From Halarcobacter sp. (lineage in GTDB: Bacteria; Campylobacterota; Campylobacteria; Campylobacterales; Arcobacteraceae): a stretch of 64,000 nt of DNA. Below are positions 52,829 through 64,000 of the stretch, one piece after another. Location of the stretch: assembly GCA_048571215.1 (NCBI GenBank), contig CP182352.1, forward strand, positions 160,001 to 224,000, given 5' to 3'. Position 1 is the first letter of the stretch. Each line of letters begins with the position of its first letter. The notes beneath the pieces were generated by a model, which was given only the letters and a program-made list of their open reading frames with translations, did not search any database and was not told where the DNA came from. The position numbers and the translations under genes were made by a program.

Positions 52829-54030
52829 GTTATTCAGATAATATATATAAATATGCCTTTTATTCTATTTTATTTATAGTATTATCTATATTACTTTATA
52901 CTGCAAATACATTAAGTATCTCATATAAAGAGGCACTAAATGTGTTTGTAAATACCTCTTTATTATCGATAATAACAAATACATCTATAACTATTTTTGG
53001 ACAAAATGATATAGCATTAAGAGTTCCATTTATTATATTTTATGCTTTAACTGTAATTTTAATGTATGACATTACAAAAGATTTTTTCAAAAAACAAGAA
53101 GATAGATTGTTTTCAGTTATTATTTTTATGGTTTTACCAGGTCTTATAAGTGCTTCATTATTGGTAAATAGTGCTATCGTTGTGACATTTCTTACTCTCT
53201 TATATGTATATTACTTTAAAAGAAAAGGGAAACACTGTTATGCCTTGCTTGTTTTATTTTTATTTGTAGATAACTCTTTTGCTATATTCTTTCTTGCACT
53301 ATTCTTTTATAGTTTAGCAAACAAAGAGAACAAACTATTGATTGTGTCACTTATTTTGTTTGGTTTATCTATGAGTATTTATGGTTTTGATACAGAGGGA
53401 AAACCTAGAGGTTTTTTAGTGGATACTTTTGGAATATATGCTTCAATATTTTCACCCTTATTATTTATATACTTTTTTTATACCATATATAGAAATGGAT
53501 TAAAAGGTGAGAGAACATTAGTTTGGTATATAAGTACAACCTCTTTATTGTTCTCATTACTATTTTCTATGAGACAAAAAATATATATAGAAGATTTTGC
53601 TCCTTTTGTTGTGATTTTTCTGCCTTATATGGTTAGAATTTTTTTACATACAGTTAGAGTTAGACTTCCTCAATTTAGAAGTAGACATTATAAAGTAGCT
53701 ACAATCACATTTTTTGTACTTTTTTTAAATGTTGTTTTAACTATATATAATAAACCTTTGTATCTAGTTCTTGATAATCCAAGAAAACATTTTGCATATC
53801 AATATGATTTTATAAAAGATATATCAATATATTTAAAAAAGTATTCTATCAATAAGGTTACTTCAGAAGATAAAAAACTACTTTTGAGATTAAAGTTTTA
53901 TGGGATTAAAAGTGGTGGGGATTATTATATAACTACAAAACCCTTAAGCAATTTTTCTAAAAGAATTAGAATTAAATATAATGGTAAAGATATTTACTCT
54001 TTATATATAAAAAAATTAAAGTATGACTAA
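52825..54030 (+). CDS. Polytopic membrane protein, GT-C/ArnT-like
   Basis: Many TM segments; 'FGQNDIALRVP' resembles the PMT/ArnT N-terminal motif. Confidence 0.55.
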   Translation: MSYSDNIYKYAFYSILFIVLSILLYTANTLSISYKEALNVFVNTSLLSIITNTSITIFGQNDIALRVPFIIFYALTVILMYDITKDFFKKQEDRLFSVIIFMVLPGLISASLLVNSAIVVTFLTLLYVYYFKRKGKHCYALLVLFLFVDNSFAIFFLALFFYSLANKENKLLIVSLILFGLSMSIYGFDTEGKPRGFLVDTFGIYASIFSPLLFIYFFYTIYRNGLKGERTLVWYISTTSLLFSLLFSMRQKIYIEDFAPFVVIFLPYMVRIFLHTVRVRLPQFRSRHYKVATITFFVLFLNVVLTIYNKPLYLVLDNPRKHFAYQYDFIKDISIYLKKYSINKVTSEDKKLLLRLKFYGIKSGGDYYITTKPLSNFSKRIRIKYNGKDIYSLYIKKLKYD

Positions 54031-54649
54031 AAGTTCTTTTTCTTTATTTGAACTTATCTTAATTATAATCCTTATATCAATAATTGCTGTTTTTATTAAA
54101 ATCAAAGAACCTATAAATAAATTAGATTTAGCAACAAATAGATTAGCTCTTTATTTAAAAGAGGTAAGATATAAAGCTTTAATAGATGACAAGTATAACA
54201 AAAATAATCCTTTATGGCATAAACAAAGGTGGACATTGAAGTTTTTTAGATGTTCTAGCAGTGTTGGTGGAATATATTATTCTATTTATAGTGATGAAAA
54301 TAAAACAGGTCATCCAAGTGCAGATGAATCATTAAAAGACCCATTAACAAAAAAAGCAATTTTCTCTACTAATAAATGTGAAAGTAATAATAAGTATTCA
54401 AAATATGTTCTTTTAAGTAAAGAGTATGGTATAAAAAATATAGAGATGAGTTGTAATACTACTTCAAGTTTAGGACAACTATCCTTTGGTATTGATGGAA
54501 GAGTTTATACAAAACTGAGTCCATATGATGAAGAACACTATACATATGAACTTACAAATAGTTGTAAAATAAAACTTTTAGATGAAAACAAAAAAACAAA
54601 AATAATAGAAATAATCCCTAAAACAGGCTATGTAAGAGTAATCAATTAA
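54023..54649 (+). CDS. Pilin/pseudopilin-like protein
   Basis: N-terminus 'KSS/FSLFELILII' with Glu at +5 and a hydrophobic helix; Cys-containing globular domain. Confidence 0.65.
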   Translation: MTKSSFSLFELILIIILISIIAVFIKIKEPINKLDLATNRLALYLKEVRYKALIDDKYNKNNPLWHKQRWTLKFFRCSSSVGGIYYSIYSDENKTGHPSADESLKDPLTKKAIFSTNKCESNNKYSKYVLLSKEYGIKNIEMSCNTTSSLGQLSFGIDGRVYTKLSPYDEEHYTYELTNSCKIKLLDENKKTKIIEIIPKTGYVRVIN

Positions 54650-54708
54650 TAAAAAAGATGAAAAGAGTGATAAAATTTAAAATTTAAGCCTATATTAAGA
54701 GTAAACCC

Positions 54709-54737
54709 TTGACAAGAGGAAAAAAATCTATTATAAT
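54709..54737 (+). promoter_or_regulatory. rRNA operon sigma70 promoter
   Basis: TTGACA-17 nt-TATAAT, followed by a GC-rich discriminator TCCCGTCC; boxA-like GATCTTTAACAA at 54801. Confidence 0.9.
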
Positions 54738-54832
54738 TCCCGTCCAATTTCAGAGGAACGACATCAAAAGTAAATGATGAGAGAGCCTAGGGGATAGGAT
54801 GATCTTTAACAATAAAAGGTTTGTAAAGAAGT

Positions 54833-56642
<1,810 letters not shown>

Positions 56643-56663
56643 TTTAAAAAATAGGTGACAAAT

Positions 56664-56740
56664 GGGCCTATAGCTCAGCTGGCTAGAGCGCTCGACTGAT
56701 AATCGTGAGGTCCCAGGTTCAAGTCCTGGTAGGCCCACCA
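56664..56740 (+). tRNA. tRNA-Ile (GAT)
   Basis: GGGCCTA acceptor stem, CT-GAT-AA anticodon loop, GGTTCAAGT, CCA end. Confidence 0.98.
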
Positions 56741-56770
56741 TTATTAAATAATCTGTAAAGATTTAGTTGT

Positions 56771-56846
56771 GGGGATATAGCTCAGCTGGGAGAGCGCCTG
56801 CCTTGCACGCAGGAGGTCAGCGGTTCGATCCCGCTTATCTCCACCA
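56771..56846 (+). tRNA. tRNA-Ala (TGC)
   Basis: GGGGATA acceptor stem with G3-U70, CT-TGC-AC anticodon loop, GGTTCGATC, CCA end. Confidence 0.98.
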
Positions 56847-57237
56847 TCTATTATAAATCTGGGTTTAAAATGAAAATTTAAAATTTAAAAATGAAATTTT
56901 TTTATCTTTGAATAATCATAATGTAAAACTAAATATAAGTCTTAAAGAATTAAGATTTATATTTGGTTTTTTAAAAACCAAAATGCTTTCAGACATTATT
57001 CTGAAAATGATATTTAAAAATTTAATGTTAAAGTCTTTAATTTTTTCGTTTAATTAAATTTCGTATGAATTTAATTAAAAAATAAAAATTTAATATCAAA
57101 TTAACTTGAAAGAATTCAATTTTTTTAAGATAATAATGATAGACACAACTGTTTTGTTGAATATGTATGTATTCAATAAGATAGTAGCCAAGGAATAATT
57201 ATTCAAAAAGGTGAAGTAATGAAAATTACTTTGTCAA

Positions 57238-60122
<2,885 letters not shown>

Positions 60123-60262
60123 ATTAATATTTCTTGGTTTACTATCTTATTGAGTACACTCAATAAAGTAAATATTGTGTTTAAAGACTTTTAACATTAA
60201 CATTTTAACTCATTCAATGTGAGTACAAAGCAAACTTTTTAAGTTTGTTTGATACTCATATT

Positions 60263-60377
60263 GCTGGTGGTTATTGCGAGGTGGAAATACCCAGCCCCAT
60301 TCCGAACCTGGAAGTCAAGCACCTCTGCGCTGATAATACTGCAGGGTCCCCTTGTGGAAACGTAAGCCGCTGCCAGC
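60263..60377 (+). rRNA. rrf: 5S rRNA
   Basis: GCTGGTGG...CCCATTCCGAAC...CTGCCAGC with complementary ends. Confidence 0.96.
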
Positions 60378-60394
60378 TCTTGAGTATTCTATTT

Positions 60395-60446
60395 AGCTTC
60401 TGTCTAATCTATCCTTCCCGATAGCTTTGACAGAAGCTTTTTTTTT
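60395..60446 (+). terminator. rRNA operon terminator
   Basis: AGCTTCTGTC...GACAGAAGCT followed by a long T-run. Confidence 0.75.
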
Positions 60447-60669
60447 ATCCTTTTTTATATTTAATCACTTTTATTTGCCAATCTCTTTCTTATCTCTTTG
60501 CTTAAAGCCTCTTTTTTTAATGAAAAAGCAACTATTTTATAAAAGTTGTAAGAAATATAGATATAAAGGGTGAGTAAAATAGTAAGGTAGTTATATTATA
60601 ATATATAGTAAGTTTATTTTTAAGAAAAATAAACCACCACTAGATGGTGATTTATCTAAATGTATTTAA

Positions 60670-61179
60670 TTAGTTATTATCTCTTGATTCTAAGATCTCT
60701 ATTGATACTATTTCATCTCTTTGTTTTATTGAATCTAATGTTTCAAAACTCTCTTTATCATCTTCCTCTATTTCACCAAATACAGTATGTCCACCATCTA
60801 GATGAGGACAAGGGACAAAACAAATAAAGAATTGACTACTTCCAGTATCTTTTCCTGCATGTGCCATTGATAAAGAACCTCTATTATGAACTTGTTTTTG
60901 GGCGTCAGTTTCACAAGCTATACTATTTTCTGCACCACCCATTCCTGTTCCATCTGGGCATCCAGCTTGTGCCATAAAACCTGGGATAACTCTATGAAAT
61001 ACTAAACCATTATAAAAACCATCATTTGCTAATGTTGCAAAGTTAGCGACTGTATTTGGTGTTTCTTCATAAAAAAGTTTTTCCCAAATAACTCCTTTTT
61101 CTGTAGTTATTTTTGCATATTTAAATTTACTTAATTCCTCTTTTGAGTAGTCATATACTTTTAATTTTCTTCCAAACAT
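60670..61179 (-). CDS. Cyclophilin-type peptidyl-prolyl cis-trans isomerase
   Basis: 'FHRVIPGFMAQAG', 'LSMAHAG', 'SSQFFI', 'HLDGGHTVFG'. Confidence 0.95.
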   Translation of the reverse strand: MFGRKLKVYDYSKEELSKFKYAKITTEKGVIWEKLFYEETPNTVANFATLANDGFYNGLVFHRVIPGFMAQAGCPDGTGMGGAENSIACETDAQKQVHNRGSLSMAHAGKDTGSSQFFICFVPCPHLDGGHTVFGEIEEDDKESFETLDSIKQRDEIVSIEILESRDNN

Positions 61180-61193
61180 ATTTTTCCTTTAAA

Positions 61194-63068
61194 TTATTTT
61201 TTTGAAATTATATCTTCTTTAGGTGTAAGATAGTTTAATTTTACTAAGTTGTTTACTATTTCTTTAAATACTGGTACCGCTGACCATGAAGCATAATGGT
61301 AGTACCAATGTTTTCCTTTTGAAACTGGATTCATAACTGTTACCCCTATAGTATAAGAGTTTTTCCCATCATTTACAAAGCCAAAAAATGAGGAGATATA
61401 TTTTTTTAGATATTTACCACCTCTAGCTATCTGTGCAGTACCTGTTTTACCACCTATTTCTAAACCATCAATTTTAGCAGCTACCCCTGTTCCTTGTTGT
61501 ACTGTTTTAATTAAAAGCCTTTTTATCTCATTTGCAGTTTTTTTGGTGATAATTCTTTCATTCTTAAGCTTATCTTCTTTATATTTTTCCCCATCTATAT
61601 CTATATATGATAATATTTTTGGAGTAGCTATTTTACCATCATTATTAAAAACAGTATAAGCTTTTAATATTTGCATAAAAGTTGCAGTCATACCTTGTCC
61701 ATATGATACAGTGGCTTTAAAGATATTGTCTTCTTGTTTTTGATCATTTGCTGAAAATTGCCAAATTTTTGGGATAACACCTGTTTTTTCGTAAGGTAAG
61801 TCTATGCCAGTTTTTCTAGTAAAACCAAATCTTTTTATACCTTCATAAAACTCTGGTCCACTTAATCTTTGTGCTAGTTGCAAGGTTCCAATATTTGAAG
61901 AATAAATTACAATATCATCAACTGTTAAATAGTGTTTTTTAAATTCATGATCATCTTTTATTGTATATCTTCCAAGTTTATATCTACCTCTTGGGTATTC
62001 CCCATCTTTATTAGCTTTCCCTTTTGTATTATAAGCAAAAAATAGTTCATTCTTTTTTATTCTATGTTTGTCCATTACTAAGGCAATGGATACGGGTTTG
62101 ATAACAGAACCAGGTTCAAATTGATACTCTATTGCATTTACATTTAAAGAGGGTATATCTTTTTGTAAAATATTTTCAGGGTTAAATCTATTAGATGAGG
62201 CTAAAGAGAGAATTTTTCCTGTTTTACTATCCATAATTGATAAAATAATCTCATCTGCTTCAAGTTTTTCTTTATAAATATCTAATATCATCTCATTGTT
62301 TTTTTGTAGCTTTAATGGGATATTTAAAATAAGATTTGCACCATCAACTCTTTGTTTAATTATCGATTCTTTGTTAAATGAGATATAAGAAAGCACATCT
62401 CTTTTCCCACTTAGAACTCCATCTTTTGTATTATTTAAAAGTTCATTGAATTTTTTTTCTAAACCTTTTATCCCTTTTACTTTTGTTTTTCCATTACCCG
62501 ATTCAAATTTTGTTATATAACCTACAACTGGAGTTAAGGTATCTTCATATGAGTAGATTCTTTTTTCACCACTTTCATTTATATTAAGACCTCTTAAAAT
62601 TTTTCCACCATCTACTTTTATTGATTTAAATACTCCTAAACGTCTAAGTTTAAAACCTAACTCTTTAAGATTTTTAGCAGTTTTTGAATCAATATTATAT
62701 GATAAAACCAAATTTCCAGGACTTAGAAGTGATTCTTCCACTTTTTTATATATTTTATTATAAGGGATGTTGCTATAGATGCTAAATAGTTTTATAAAAA
62801 GTTCTTTTTTATTTAAGTCAAGATATCTTGTATCAATAGAGGCTTTATAAATTTTTTTTGAAGTAGCAATTTTAAAATTATCAGAACTAATAATATCACC
62901 CCTTACTGACAACTCTTTTTTTGTAGTATTAAGTGATGGTAATCTTCTATTCCCCTCGATTGTGTCAAAAATTGAGATTAGAAGTATAAGTAACATGAAA
63001 AGTATAAAGAAAAATAGTATTACTATTTTTTTTATTTTGTTATCTTTTTCTGTAGAATTCTGAGACAT
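61194..63068 (-). CDS. ftsI: Class B penicillin-binding protein (FtsI-like)
   Basis: N-terminal TM, 'RGDI', SxxK in 'EPGSVIK', SxN 'SSN', 'KTGTAQ'; adjacent to ftsW. Confidence 0.85.
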   Translation of the reverse strand: MSQNSTEKDNKIKKIVILFFFILFMLLILLISIFDTIEGNRRLPSLNTTKKELSVRGDIISSDNFKIATSKKIYKASIDTRYLDLNKKELFIKLFSIYSNIPYNKIYKKVEESLLSPGNLVLSYNIDSKTAKNLKELGFKLRRLGVFKSIKVDGGKILRGLNINESGEKRIYSYEDTLTPVVGYITKFESGNGKTKVKGIKGLEKKFNELLNNTKDGVLSGKRDVLSYISFNKESIIKQRVDGANLILNIPLKLQKNNEMILDIYKEKLEADEIILSIMDSKTGKILSLASSNRFNPENILQKDIPSLNVNAIEYQFEPGSVIKPVSIALVMDKHRIKKNELFFAYNTKGKANKDGEYPRGRYKLGRYTIKDDHEFKKHYLTVDDIVIYSSNIGTLQLAQRLSGPEFYEGIKRFGFTRKTGIDLPYEKTGVIPKIWQFSANDQKQEDNIFKATVSYGQGMTATFMQILKAYTVFNNDGKIATPKILSYIDIDGEKYKEDKLKNERIITKKTANEIKRLLIKTVQQGTGVAAKIDGLEIGGKTGTAQIARGGKYLKKYISSFFGFVNDGKNSYTIGVTVMNPVSKGKHWYYHYASWSAVPVFKEIVNNLVKLNYLTPKEDIISKK

Positions 63069-63097
63069 ATTTATCCATAATATAATATAATAGCGAC

Positions 63098-64000
63098 ATG
63101 CATTCTAACAAAAATCAAATTAAAACTAATAATAGAAAAGAGAAACTATACGAAGCAGATTATCTACTGTTTTTATTGGTGTCAACTTTAATTATAATTA
63201 GTATAATCTTTTCATACTCTTTAAGTATTTACACAGTTGAATATTTTGATTATAATCAATTCCACTTCTTTATAAGACAGTTATTAGTAGGTGTTTTATC
63301 AATATTTTTAATGTGGGGATTATCATTGGTTCCTCCAGATAAAATAATAAATAAAGTGGGAATGGGATTGTTTTTATTCTTTTTTCTTCTAATGGCAATT
63401 ATGCCTGTATTACCTAGCTCATTAGTTACAGCTTCAGGTGGGGCAAATAGGTGGATTAGATTACCTGGATTTTCACTTTCACCTGTAGAGTTTTTTAAAA
63501 TAGGTTTTATATATTTTTTATCTTGGTCTTTTCATAGAAGATTAATAGAGGTTCCAAGGAAAATTGGATTAAAGCAAGAGTTTATACTTTTAGCACCATA
63601 TTTTTTAACTTTTTTAGTTGTTGTATTTATTATCGCCTTTTTACAAAAAGATTTAGGTCAAGTGGTATTATTAGGTATCATTTTATTTATTTTACTATTT
63701 TTTGCAAATAGAAGTTATAAGGTATTTGTTACTTTAGGAGTAGGGGGACTTTTAGCTTTTATTGGACTTATTTTAGCAGCACCCCATAGACTTCAAAGAA
63801 TCTATTCATGGTGGGCGATGGTTCAAGATAAAATCTTATCAATTTTGCCAGAATGGGCTGATAATTATTTGAGAATTGATGAATTACCTGAACCCTATCA
63901 AGTATCCCATTCTTTAAATGCTATTCATAATGGTGGTATATTTGGACAAGGTATAAGTTTAGGTAATATAAAACTTGGTTTTTTAAGTGAAGTACACACT
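63098..64000 (+). CDS. ftsW: SEDS family protein FtsW (5' part; runs off window)
   Basis: Not in the ORF track. Manual translation: MHSNKNQ...ADYLLF...GGANRWIRL..FSLSPVEFFKIG...QKDLGQ...YQVSHSL.AI..GG.FGQG...LSEVHT. Confidence 0.9.
   Translation, partial: MHSNKNQIKTNNRKEKLYEADYLLFLLVSTLIIISIIFSYSLSIYTVEYFDYNQFHFFIRQLLVGVLSIFLMWGLSLVPPDKIINKVGMGLFLFFFLLMAIMPVLPSSLVTASGGANRWIRLPGFSLSPVEFFKIGFIYFLSWSFHRRLIEVPRKIGLKQEFILLAPYFLTFLVVVFIIAFLQKDLGQVVLLGIILFILLFFANRSYKVFVTLGVGGLLAFIGLILAAPHRLQRIYSWWAMVQDKILSILPEWADNYLRIDELPEPYQVSHSLNAIHNGGIFGQGISLGNIKLGFLSEVHT

Noticed and set aside
54023..54070. Ser instead of Gly before the prepilin Phe as a sign of inactivation
   Set aside because: Non-Gly small residues at -1 are common in Campylobacterota pseudopilins, and the ORF is intact.

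Overview
AT-rich chromosomal window from a Campylobacterota bacterium; the 16S sequence and gene content point to Arcobacteraceae. The right two-thirds is mostly core: a dynamin-like pair, frdCAB, a 14-gene nuo operon with citrate synthase embedded, a complete rRNA operon (16S-Ile-Ala-23S-5S), and ftsI/ftsW. The left 22 kb is unusual. Two nested, near-perfect direct repeats (an aldehyde dehydrogenase gene 13,895 bp apart and a TRAP dctP gene 2,432 bp apart) link a TRAP-gabT-yqhD-usp-GNAT-ALDH operon, sucCD, a signalling trio and a ThDP-enzyme/ALDH pair. I infer that these form a succinic-semialdehyde hub: GABA-type catabolism plus a cyanobacterial-style 2-oxoglutarate decarboxylase bypass. Separately, NuoF carries Lys at the Glu that normally selects NADH, which suggests an NADPH-oxidising or otherwise retuned complex I. 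All calls were made by eye from motifs; no database searches were run.
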